A DNA stretch of 64,000 nt from an uncultured virus (IMG/VR IMGVR_UViG_3300005405_000008) (lineage: Duplodnaviria; Heunggongvirae; Uroviricota; Caudoviricetes), in the IMG/VR virus record IMGVR_UViG_3300005405_000008, positions 1 to 64,000 of that record; one strand, 5' to 3'. Position 1 is the first letter of the stretch. Every line of letters starts with the position of its first letter. Shown here one piece after another: positions 52,631 to 62,455 of the stretch. Position numbers and translations under genes: made by a program. The notes under the pieces were generated by a model. That model had not been told where the DNA came from, ran no database searches, and was given only the letters and a program-made list of their open reading frames with translations.

Positions 52631-54484
52631 TTAATTATTGAAATCATTCCAAGGAGTAGATGATGGGGGAACAAAATGATCATCTAGATTGGTGTCATCT
52701 ATTTTATTAGTGACATTCTTCCTTCTTAAATCATATAAATAATGAGACAACATGATAATTGTATAAAATCTATCATCATGTACTTTTCCTTCTTTTTCTT
52801 TTGACATTCTATATGATTTACTTGTTTTTTCTGGATTTTCAAATTTATATATCGAGGTTATTTCACTTTTTAAAACATCCATATTTAACAAAGCTATTTC
52901 TTCTTCTGTTGTTAGTGATTTAGTTTGTAATTTTATTTCTTCGCCAACTTGTTTCTGTAAAGTAACATATCCTTTTCCATCATATTCTTTTGGAAACTTT
53001 ATTAAATCCAATTGCATTAGCTCAATAAATTCATCGCACATTTGTGTCCTATATTTATTAGGTGATAATAGATTTAATTTATTACTTGCATTAGGATATT
53101 TATTTTCATATCCTTCATATAACTCATACTTTTTATCTAAAAATCCTTTATGCTTAATACCTTTTTGATCTATCCAATCTTCCAACAAATTATCTGAGTA
53201 TGCACTTATTCCTCCACCACCAGCTCCGGCATCAATTTGAAGAACTTCTATATTTTCATAATCAGGATAATTACTATTATATGCTAATATATAATCTTTT
53301 AATGCTTTAATTTGGTCTGGCGAAGCCATTTTTATCCCTTTTTTACTAGCTAAGTCTACTAAATTAGTACAATTAACAATTTCTCCATAATAACCTATGT
53401 TTTTATCTTCAATTATTTTCATAACTGTAATAATTGAATTATCCCCCGATCTTGCAGGGTCAAAAGCAATAGCGTATTTTCCACCATCAACAAAATGGAG
53501 TTCTGGCAATATAAATGTTTCATTACGCCTGATTTGTCCCCATTTAACAATTTGATTTTCTCCTCCGTCTGTACTAAACTTGTTGAAATATTCACGTAAT
53601 GCTTTTTCGCGATTCGCAGACATTGCATTATCAACTTTAGATTGTTGTAAAAGAGGAGGATATTCTTTTCCATCCATTAAAGGATGTAAAGGTATTTCAC
53701 ATGGAATATCACAACAAAAATATCTCTTATCTCCAAGAAACATTTTTTTTGCAAAATCTTTATACTTTCTATAAAATATAGTATCAACGTCACTTGCTGA
53801 AGAAGCATAAACTAATTGAGTTGGACATTTTTTTCTTAATGTTTTTAAATTAAAATCTTCATCAATAGATGTAATAAAGTTTAAATCCTGTGTGGCAAAT
53901 GCTTCTGATACTGCAATTAATTCATCAGATGAGAACCCTGCCTCGTCAAAAAACACCATCGTTGCGCGTTTACTTCTGTTATTATCTGGATTTCCATTTA
54001 ATGTAAATATTTCGCTACCATTATAAAACTCAACATGAAATCCTGTTTGTGAATGACTAAATCCAGTTTTACAAGCAGGTGATTTAACAGTCTCGTTCAT
54101 AGCAATATCTTTAAGCGAAGCTATTGAATTTGAAGTTTTCCCTATTCTTAAACATATTTCTTCAATTTTAGTGAAAGTTTCTTGTGCTTGACTACCAACA
54201 GATGAGATTATATAAATCGCTTGATTCTCATATAAAATTGCTTTTAATATTATTAATATTGCTCCTAAAAATGATTTTCCAAAGTTTCGAGAACAACACC
54301 AAACTATATGAGGGGTATTCCATGACTGTTCTAAAATATATTTTTGGCTATCCATGAGTTTAATTCCCAATAATATTTCGCAAGCAATTACTGGATTACG
54401 TCTAAGGTATTTTATTATTTTTGCATTTTGAAGATATAACTCTATTTTTCTTGTGCTTAAAATATCTTTTGATTTTTTAGCCAA
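52631..54484 (-). CDS. Terminase large subunit
   Basis: Walker A CSRNFGKS, Walker B VFFDEAG, motif III ASSAS, nuclease FDPARSGD and HDDRFY. Confidence 0.92.
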   Translation of the reverse strand: MAKKSKDILSTRKIELYLQNAKIIKYLRRNPVIACEILLGIKLMDSQKYILEQSWNTPHIVWCCSRNFGKSFLGAILIILKAILYENQAIYIISSVGSQAQETFTKIEEICLRIGKTSNSIASLKDIAMNETVKSPACKTGFSHSQTGFHVEFYNGSEIFTLNGNPDNNRSKRATMVFFDEAGFSSDELIAVSEAFATQDLNFITSIDEDFNLKTLRKKCPTQLVYASSASDVDTIFYRKYKDFAKKMFLGDKRYFCCDIPCEIPLHPLMDGKEYPPLLQQSKVDNAMSANREKALREYFNKFSTDGGENQIVKWGQIRRNETFILPELHFVDGGKYAIAFDPARSGDNSIITVMKIIEDKNIGYYGEIVNCTNLVDLASKKGIKMASPDQIKALKDYILAYNSNYPDYENIEVLQIDAGAGGGGISAYSDNLLEDWIDQKGIKHKGFLDKKYELYEGYENKYPNASNKLNLLSPNKYRTQMCDEFIELMQLDLIKFPKEYDGKGYVTLQKQVGEEIKLQTKSLTTEEEIALLNMDVLKSEITSIYKFENPEKTSKSYRMSKEKEGKVHDDRFYTIIMLSHYLYDLRRKNVTNKIDDTNLDDHFVPPSSTPWNDFNN

Positions 54485-54486
54485 AA

Positions 54487-55659
54487 TTAATCACCTTCCA
54501 AAATAGAAGGTGATTCATTTTTATCTAACAATACATTTAATTGTCTATTTTCCTCTTCTAAATCTTCAATTCTAGACTGATACTCTTGGATCAATCCTCT
54601 TTGAGTATTTAACATATCAGTATAATCATTTTCATCCAACTGTAATTGTTCAAGTAAACTTTTATTTGAAATATCTGCTGTCATTTTCATGCCATATGCT
54701 TTATTTTGATCATAATAATCTTGTTCAGCATCTTCAAAATTAAGTTCTCTATATTGTTTCATAAGACTAGAGAGAGTAGATTTTCCTGCTGATTTATCTC
54801 CACGATTTTTTACAGAAATAGAATTCTCTTTTGCAATCTTATCTGTACTACCTACTATTTGACTTTTAGTAGCAGATAAAGATTTTATTTCTCCTTGGTT
54901 CGAAATTAAAGTCTTAGCATCATTACTAAGAGTAGAAATTACTAAATCTATTTTTCGTATCTGATTATTATTATTAACTAATTGTAAAACCTGACTTAAT
55001 TTAAAAGCATCATCCAATGTATCTTCGTCAAGATAAGTGATTAGTTCATTAAATAAAAACTTTTGGTCAAAATTTGAATATCCAGCAAATGGATCATATC
55101 CTATAAGTCTAATTACATCTTCTTTAACTTGTAAATCCTGTTCATTTAATTGAACATTATAATCTAAATCCTTTACTTCAAGTTCCAATGCATTAGTAAT
55201 AAGGTCTTTTCCAGTTTCTTTATCAAATAAGAACTTTGGATCAAAACCAGTTAAAGCGTTGTTGAAATTTCCCAATGAATTTAATTTTGTCATATATATT
55301 TTAAACGGATGAGCAGATGGTTTATTTACGTACTGTTTCATTGCTCCATCAAAGTCACCTTCATTGAATGGTATATCAAACTTCATACAAGTAATAAGAA
55401 CTGATTTCTTAATATCTTTTAAAATATTGAAATATGTATCATAAGTATTCCATACACATTCTTTACAAAATACCATCATTGGTTGGTCAACACGTTCTAG
55501 ATTTATACCTGTATACAAAGGTGATAAACTTTTATAAAAGTTTAAAGCACTTTTAATAGAAGATTTTGGTTCTCCACACATAGGGCATGTGATTGTGTTA
55601 TTTTCAATTTTAACTTGTGGCACAATCGAATTTGTTGCCACAGATTTTTGTCTTGCCAC
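54487..55659 (-). CDS. Putative terminase small subunit / conserved Zn-finger protein
   Basis: Immediately upstream of terL; CPMC...FYKS...CKEC; IAKENSIS. Confidence 0.55.
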   Translation of the reverse strand: MARQKSVATNSIVPQVKIENNTITCPMCGEPKSSIKSALNFYKSLSPLYTGINLERVDQPMMVFCKECVWNTYDTYFNILKDIKKSVLITCMKFDIPFNEGDFDGAMKQYVNKPSAHPFKIYMTKLNSLGNFNNALTGFDPKFLFDKETGKDLITNALELEVKDLDYNVQLNEQDLQVKEDVIRLIGYDPFAGYSNFDQKFLFNELITYLDEDTLDDAFKLSQVLQLVNNNNQIRKIDLVISTLSNDAKTLISNQGEIKSLSATKSQIVGSTDKIAKENSISVKNRGDKSAGKSTLSSLMKQYRELNFEDAEQDYYDQNKAYGMKMTADISNKSLLEQLQLDENDYTDMLNTQRGLIQEYQSRIEDLEEENRQLNVLLDKNESPSILEGD

Positions 55660-55753
55660 TAAGTTTCACTTCCTTTTATTCTTAAATTGTTTATTTCTGG
55701 TCACACAAAAATGTACTATCTAAAAAAAGATAATACATTTATAGTCAACAGAA

Positions 55754-57541
55754 CTATTGAGTTACTTCTTCCAAATATTTATATTTTCCATCATAATAAT
55801 TTTCAAGGAATTGATAAAATTGTTCAGGAGTATTGTTTCCATACCTAAACTCAACATGAAATTGGATATGATATTTTTTCTGCATGCATATCCCTAACGG
55901 GTAACGATTATGTATCTCCAAACATTTATCAATTAATTGTTGTAATTCTTCTTGTGTATATGAAGAGATATTCTCATATAATGGTATTCCAGTTTCATTT
56001 AAAGTATCTTGAACTATACTTCCAAAACTATATAAGTGATGAATATCATCAAAATTCTTTCCTGAAATAAAACATTTATAATTAGCATTATCCATACTAT
56101 CAAATTTCCACTGTTTTATATTTCTTCTTAATTCTTGTGACAAAGCACTAATTCCATTTTTATAATTAGGATTTAGATTGCCAAATCTTTGACTATCATA
56201 TTGAGGATTATCTTCGCCTTTCCATTTATCTAAAGATAATAATCTATCTGACGTAATTTTACCTAATTCAATAAACATTCTACCTAACGTTTCTTGTGCT
56301 TTATAAAGATTTAAATTATTTCCTTTGCACATTATTTGCCTATTTATTAGAAACGGAAAGTATTTATTTCTTATTTCATTGTTTGTCATACTAGAATAAT
56401 TATTTATTAATATAGTAGTTTCTTCTTGTGTCCAAATATGAATATTTGAATCAAATAAATATTCCTCTCCTTTACAAACTCGGCATACATTTCTTAAATT
56501 ATCTGTACATTTTTGGTCATCAGGAAAATATGCTCTATCTACTGGTAAGTATTCCTCACAACACTTACATAATTTATGTAATTTATTATCAATAATTTTA
56601 TACTGAATTTGCTTATAGTATTTTATATGATTATCTATTTTTCTTAAATCTAATTTTGTGCTAAGTGCATTACTGATTTTTCAGTTCTTATGGAAGTAAG
56701 TAAAGGTAATATATCTTTAATTGTTTTATGTTCATAATTTTCAATTATAATATCAATATCTTCTTGACTCCAAGGATCTGCTTTAAATTCTGGATAAAAG
56801 TCTTCGCCGTTGCATTCACGACAAATACCCCTATATCCATCTAAACATCTATCATCTACGTCATAAAAATCTCTATTGATAGCAAGTTCTCTGTTACAAA
56901 TTTTACACTTCTTATATCCATCTATAGAATCCTTATGTCTTCTATTAATTTGACATTTAATACAAATATTATAAAAACCGTCAGAAGATTTAACATAAGT
57001 ATTAAAATTAGTTTCATTTATTTCAAAAACTTCTTTACAATCTAAACATTTTTTAAATCCCTCTGGGATAATTTCTTTTTCTATTCCGAATATTTCTTTT
57101 CCACAAGCACATTCTTTACATTGACAAGATAAACTGTCTGGTCTATCTATGCTTCGAAAGAAATATTCAGTCGTTTTAGGAAATTCTCTTTTACATTTAC
57201 TACATGTTTTCGTTTCAGATTTAAATTTTTCTTCCCATTTTAATTTATTTATTTCAGAATTATATAAAGGTAAACAATCAATACAACAGTCTTTTTTTGA
57301 AGATCTCCTTGTATAATCACAATATAATACTGACTTTTCTTTTCCACAATAATCACATCTATACATAATCTTTACATTAGTTCCAGGTAAAAGATCTTCT
57401 ATTTTTACCTTTATTTTTGTACCCTTACGAATCACAAGTTTCTTTTTAATTTTTTTCTCTTGGTATTTCATAACCTAAATCTTCATAATGTTTAACATTT
57501 GATGGATGAAGTGTAACTTCTACTTCTTCGCTAACCAACAT
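55754..57541 (-). pseudogene. Large Zn-finger-repeat HNH endonuclease gene with two frameshifts
   Basis: ATG 57541 (MLVSEEVEV...GYEIPREKN, similar to the 40362 N-terminus). A +1 shift at ~57448-57456 leads into ORF 56650-57471. A -1 shift at CACAAAATTAG (~56650-56660) leads into an open frame continuous with 55754-56389 (FDDIHHLY...HIQFH). Confidence 0.8.
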
Positions 57542-57658
57542 CTCTAAATTCCTTCTTTCTGTACTTTTATTTTCTCTGTACTAATTTCCAAATAAAAAAA
57601 ATATAAAGAAGAGAGGCGTACAGAGATGGGTAGCTAACCCAAATTACCTCTCAACTTT
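57542..57658 (-). promoter_or_regulatory. Antisense-type leader with a duplicated target
   Basis: P1 GAGAGG/CCUCUC; P2 GGG-UUAGCUA-CCC; unpaired UCUCUGUAC is complementary to GUACAGAGA (57573-57581) and GUACAGA (57558-57564) near the SD. Confidence 0.68.
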
Positions 57659-57811
57659 GATCCACATATTTCAGTGAATAACAAATATCTCAAACATTTT
57701 GCTTGAGATATCGACTTATCCACAAAACATCCAAACAAAAACAACCATTCCATACGCACACAAAACGCCTGATTACTCAAGCGTCTTGTTATTTAGGGAT
57801 GTTATTTTATT

Positions 57812-58585
57812 TTATTTTATTTTATTATCTAATTTACAAAATTTATTACCATCTAACATTTTATTTCCATACTTAACTTCTAACTGATGCTTTATATAAT
57901 CTTGCTTAAATCCTAATGCCGTCAAAGCAGTAACTATTGTTTCTGCTTCATCAACTAATTTTAATTCTGCTTCTGTTAAATAATCTCTTGTAAGATCACC
58001 TTTTTTATTTATATTTCTACTTTCTCTTATTTGTTTTGCTGTCATATTAAACAAAATTTTATAGGTCATGTCTGTATAAGAAGCATAAGTAAAAGGTTTA
58101 GCACTAGGTATGTAAGTTTGGATACTAGAAGTCATTCTTTTTCTATCAACTTTACCAACTTCTCTTTGCAAATCCCATTTTTCTTGTTTTCCAAAAAATG
58201 CTTTAGATAATACATCTTTCGCATTTAATTGATAATCAATAAGTTTATCCATAACTTCAGGTTTATTTTGTTGCATATCTTTAGTAATAGATATTTTCGC
58301 TAACCATAAAGGTAAAAAATCTAACTCAAGACATAAAGACTGCTGATTACCACCTTTTGTAGGGAGGATTAAATTACGTCCCCCTTTAGAAAGGACAATA
58401 TCTTCTTGAATTTTCTTACGCTCATTTTTTAATTGTCCTTCTGATAACCCTATCCCATTACAAATCCAATTTACGCCCACATAACTTTTACCAGTGTCTT
58501 TCATTTTTACGACTATGATTAGATTGCTATTAAAATCCACTTCCATTAATTCCAGTTCCTTAAATTTTACTAATTGATTTGACAT
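57812..58585 (-). CDS. Antirepressor with a P22 Ant N-terminal-like domain
   Basis: YVGVNWICNGIGL...LPTKGGNQQSLCLELDFLPLWLAKI. Confidence 0.85.
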   Translation of the reverse strand: MSNQLVKFKELELMEVDFNSNLIIVVKMKDTGKSYVGVNWICNGIGLSEGQLKNERKKIQEDIVLSKGGRNLILPTKGGNQQSLCLELDFLPLWLAKISITKDMQQNKPEVMDKLIDYQLNAKDVLSKAFFGKQEKWDLQREVGKVDRKRMTSSIQTYIPSAKPFTYASYTDMTYKILFNMTAKQIRESRNINKKGDLTRDYLTEAELKLVDEAETIVTALTALGFKQDYIKHQLEVKYGNKMLDGNKFCKLDNKIK

Positions 58586-58661
58586 TGCAAACCTCCTTTA
58601 CCCATTTTTATAGTGGAAGTATGGGTAATACTTATCAGTGCTTTAATTTAAAGCAACCTAT
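58586..58661 (-). promoter_or_regulatory. Antisense-type leader
   Basis: P2 UGCUUU-AAAUU-AAAGCA; P3 AAGUAU-UACCC-AUACUU. UUACCCAU is complementary to AUGGGUAA (58598-58605), which abuts the SD GGAGG. Confidence 0.65.
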
Positions 58662-58752
58662 CCTAGTGCAACTTATTTTGTTACACAAAAATATCTCTAA
58701 CTATAATTTAATAGTTAGAGATATTATCTATAGCAAAATATTAAATTTTAAC

Positions 58753-59607
58753 CTACTCTAAATAACTACCACATCTATCACAAAATTTACTACCAGACCC
58801 ACTAATTTTTCCACAAGTTTTACATTGTAACTTATCTTTAGTCCCAATAACTTTCTCAACCGTTTCACCAACATCATTATAACCTTGTAAACGCAAAATA
58901 ATGACATGGGATTGATCTTCTAATTCACCAATATCACCATATTTAAATTGTTGTTCAATGGGAGTTCCTTTCACAGTAATACCATCTTCAAGACTTTTAA
59001 CACTTACAGAATTATTTAACGAAGAGAAATTATTAACAGTAATATCTGAAGCACAACTATTTAATGTGGAACCTGTTTGACAAATATTATTATCAAATGA
59101 TCTTAAACAATCCATTTGTATTGACTTATTAACTATATTAGTGCTAACATTACAATTTAAATTAGTTATCCAAGTAGGATTATAATCATAAGTTGGTTGT
59201 TTATACGTAATCCAAGGATTCCAAGGATTATATACTTGATTAATTTGCTGTGTAATTGGTTTCAATCGTTCATACCAAAATTCTACTCTTAATAAACTAT
59301 CATCAATCTTATCTCCACGAAATTCTGAAATTTCTTTTGTCTTAGGAATAAACTTGAACTTATTTTTTGCAACACAATCACTTAAAAATCCTTCTAATTC
59401 AGTTGTATCATTTGGATTAATTAATAATGATTGACCATTAAGTACATCCGTTCCATCAATAGATATTTTGACTTTTGTTTTTCTGCTTTCAAGATTTTTG
59501 ATATAAATAGAATACTCCGAACCAAATGGAATTTGAATTGCTCCCTCTTTTTCTCTGAGAATCTTACCATTGTTCTTGAGACAGACCACCATTTTTTCTT
59601 GATACAT
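58753..59607 (-). CDS. Conserved phage protein (beta-sandwich N-terminus, C-terminal Zn ribbon)
   Basis: IPFGSEYSIYIKNL...ISIDGTDVL; CKTCG...FCDRCG. Confidence 0.7.
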   Translation of the reverse strand: MYQEKMVVCLKNNGKILREKEGAIQIPFGSEYSIYIKNLESRKTKVKISIDGTDVLNGQSLLINPNDTTELEGFLSDCVAKNKFKFIPKTKEISEFRGDKIDDSLLRVEFWYERLKPITQQINQVYNPWNPWITYKQPTYDYNPTWITNLNCNVSTNIVNKSIQMDCLRSFDNNICQTGSTLNSCASDITVNNFSSLNNSVSVKSLEDGITVKGTPIEQQFKYGDIGELEDQSHVIILRLQGYNDVGETVEKVIGTKDKLQCKTCGKISGSGSKFCDRCGSYLE

Positions 59608-59624
59608 TTTTTAATCATCCTTTC

Positions 59625-59660
59625 TAGAGTACTGACTAAACTCTAAATATTAAAGTCAGT
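59625..59660 (-). promoter_or_regulatory. H-type pseudoknot immediately 5' of the SD
   Basis: Stem 1 ACUGACU/AGUCAGU; loop UAGAGU pairs with the adjacent ACUCUA, followed by GAAAGGA. Confidence 0.6.
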
Positions 59661-59793
59661 TAATTTTATTTTGTATTGTATTTTTACAATACATCCAGAC
59701 ACACCAAATTAATGATGTGCCTTATCTACTGTAAAAATATTAAATTATATCCATCTTTTAAATCTTAGAATTTATAATAATATATTATATTGT

Positions 59794-60183
59794 CTAATCC
59801 TCCAACCACTCTTTCATATCTTCTTTGGCATCATCATAACCCTCTTCATATCCTTCGTAATTTGCTCTATCATAGACATCTCCAAGCATTTCGAATACAT
59901 GTTTAGGACAAAGTTCATTTTCAAACATATATTTTACAGCTTCAGCTAAATAAATATTCTTCCTATTTTCAATACAGTCTTCGCATGTACAATCATCACC
60001 ATGATTAATACCCTCTTGTACTTCTTCTACTATTCCATTTTCATTAGTTTCATTATCCAATTCAGAAGCATATGTTTCTAAATCAACTTCCTGACCATCG
60101 ATAGTTAGAATTTGAATCAACTGACGTTCTTCTTTGTCCCAAACAGATTCTGCATTAAATACACGCATATTATAATTCTCCAA
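59794..60183 (-). CDS. Acidic hypothetical protein
   Basis: ORF co-oriented in the operon; CTCEDC. Confidence 0.6.
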   Translation of the reverse strand: MENYNMRVFNAESVWDKEERQLIQILTIDGQEVDLETYASELDNETNENGIVEEVQEGINHGDDCTCEDCIENRKNIYLAEAVKYMFENELCPKHVFEMLGDVYDRANYEGYEEGYDDAKEDMKEWLED

Positions 60184-60214
60184 TCAATTATTATTTGTTA
60201 ATTAAAACTAAAAC

Positions 60215-60853
60215 CTAAAACAATTCTTCGATATCCCCTACTATTCCAGTGGCAATTCCCATTTCAATACATTCATTCGGAAATAAATATAAATCTTTAT
60301 CTTCTACTTCTTTATATTTCTTAGGGGTAATTTTTGTATTTTTAAGAATAAATTCTTTAGTTACTTCATTGTCTTTTTCAAGAAACTTAGAGTAGTCAAT
60401 AATTTTATTTACATCAGAAATAATACCACTCGACCCCTTATGAATCATTACTCTAGATGTAGGAAATAGCAATCTTTCTTTTGCCGCAAGAAAAATCATA
60501 GCACCTGCACTAAAAATTTTACCCATCGCAATAGTCATACAAGGTGTTTTAGAAAGGGTAATGGAATCTATTAGGGCATTCATAGCAGTCGTATCTCCAC
60601 CATCTGTATGAAGGAATATTTTAATTTTTACTCTTTCATCAAGAGAAATATTTCTATCCTGAAAATTCCAATCTATAATTTGCTTTGCGTGATCAACACA
60701 TGTATCATCTATAAAATCATTAATCCAAATTTCTCGTTTTGACAATCGATTATAAAAATCTAATAAACTAGGATCTGGTAATACAACTTTTGCTAATTCT
60801 TTAACTTCTTCACTATCATAAAGGTCGTCAATATCAAAATTTTTAAATGCCAT
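60215..60853 (-). CDS. ClpP-family protease
   Basis: IFLHTDGGD...IFSAGAMIF (catalytic Ser)...VMIH (His)...DKDLYL...ECIEMGI. Confidence 0.85.
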   Translation of the reverse strand: MAFKNFDIDDLYDSEEVKELAKVVLPDPSLLDFYNRLSKREIWINDFIDDTCVDHAKQIIDWNFQDRNISLDERVKIKIFLHTDGGDTTAMNALIDSITLSKTPCMTIAMGKIFSAGAMIFLAAKERLLFPTSRVMIHKGSSGIISDVNKIIDYSKFLEKDNEVTKEFILKNTKITPKKYKEVEDKDLYLFPNECIEMGIATGIVGDIEELF

Positions 60854-60882
60854 AATAATACCTCATTTGTCTTTCAATTATT

Positions 60883-62205
60883 TTAAACATAACTATTAAT
60901 AATCATTTCTAAACCCTTATCGTCATCCCAAATAAAAGATTGAGCTTTCTTTTGAGCACCAACATATCCACTATTATAAGTCCAAGCGTCATTGCCACAA
61001 ATTGCACTTATCCATCTAAAAACAATGCCATTTTGTTCATCTGTCATTTTTTCTTTATGGAAATGAGATAAATGAAATTCTCTATATTTCGCTTTCCCCC
61101 ATAATTCAGGAACATCATTTTGCATACAATAAACTATGTTTTTGCGTTCATCTGCCCCGTGTGCTAATCCCAGAAGGTTTTTCCCAATCATTATGTATTT
61201 GCGATTATTAAATACAGAATCAACTTCTACATTATCATTATTCAAAAAATGCCAATACATTGCTTCAGTCATTGTAAACGATGTTACTTTATCATGATTT
61301 CCTCCGACATATATTACATGAACTGGAGCAATATCAGTAAGCTTATGTATAATTTGAATTATATTTTTGAGTAACAATTTATACATTACATCATATTTTA
61401 CGTCTGTGTCTTGTGGCGTATTTTTTGTTGTGGAATTGAAAATATTATCAATATTCGCCACATCTTGACCAAATGGAAATATTATTTTCTTGATATTATA
61501 AAAATTTACTTTTTCAATAATATCATTAATTACATTCCATAATCTTTGTATACCAATTTCTGTAGAATAACTATTTCTTGTTTCATCAATACAGCAAAGT
61601 TTATCAATATGAACATCTGCCAAATTAATTTCTAAAGTTTTTCCTTTAACATGATAAGGCTTTTGATCTACTACTGGACTTTCTAGGTCTAAATCTTCTA
61701 ATGCCTGTTTAATCCAATTAATATTAAATTGATTTACTTTAGGTTTAGTTACTATTTTGCTTGAATAAAGTGTTTTAACACCATCTTGTTTACTATAAAC
61801 ATTCCAAATATTGTTTCTTGCTGATACTAATTCCCATGATAAGTTGTCAAAACCATGAGATTTTAAAAGATAATTAACATTTTTAGATTCTTCTTCAGAC
61901 ATAACTAATAATTTATCACTAGAATATGTTCCATCTTTATTAATTTCTGTGGTTGATTTATATTTTTTAGTCAAATTATCTTCTAGACATTTTTCATCAG
62001 ATTGCATATCAACTTTGCATACTTTATCTTGTTCAATTGTTTTTTCTAAACTAGTTAGACATTTTCTTGCATGATCTGCTGATACTTGTTCTCCGTATAA
62101 TATTTCATAAACTTCAACTTTGTCTAAATCATATTCTTTTCTATTGGATAATAGTCTATCAGCAAATTGTAAAAATGACTCATTTTCTTTTCGTATATAT
62201 TCCAA
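60883..62205 (-). CDS. Metallophosphoesterase (Mre11/SbcD-like nuclease)
   Basis: ADVH, GQD, GGNHD, AHG and SHFH motifs. Confidence 0.8.
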   Translation of the reverse strand: MEYIRKENESFLQFADRLLSNRKEYDLDKVEVYEILYGEQVSADHARKCLTSLEKTIEQDKVCKVDMQSDEKCLEDNLTKKYKSTTEINKDGTYSSDKLLVMSEEESKNVNYLLKSHGFDNLSWELVSARNNIWNVYSKQDGVKTLYSSKIVTKPKVNQFNINWIKQALEDLDLESPVVDQKPYHVKGKTLEINLADVHIDKLCCIDETRNSYSTEIGIQRLWNVINDIIEKVNFYNIKKIIFPFGQDVANIDNIFNSTTKNTPQDTDVKYDVMYKLLLKNIIQIIHKLTDIAPVHVIYVGGNHDKVTSFTMTEAMYWHFLNNDNVEVDSVFNNRKYIMIGKNLLGLAHGADERKNIVYCMQNDVPELWGKAKYREFHLSHFHKEKMTDEQNGIVFRWISAICGNDAWTYNSGYVGAQKKAQSFIWDDDKGLEMIINSYV

Positions 62206-62272
62206 ATAAATTCTCCTAAAGAAGTTATTTTATTTTCAAAATTAAAATATCCCCTAATCGACCAATAGGGGA

Positions 62273-62455
62273 TTAAATTTTCTCAAAATGTCCACAATCT
62301 TCACATCTTAGAATTGTTTCGTTACAATAAAATTTAAGCCAGAAACGTAATTTACCACACACCGGACATTTAGTATCAGCATTTTCAATATCATAATTAT
62401 TGTATTTGTTTAATTTATTTTCAATAGGCTGTTCTACTATTTTATTTGTCTTCAT
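62273..62455 (-). CDS. Small Zn-ribbon protein
   Basis: CPVCG...CEDCGH. Confidence 0.6.
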   Translation of the reverse strand: MKTNKIVEQPIENKLNKYNNYDIENADTKCPVCGKLRFWLKFYCNETILRCEDCGHFEKI

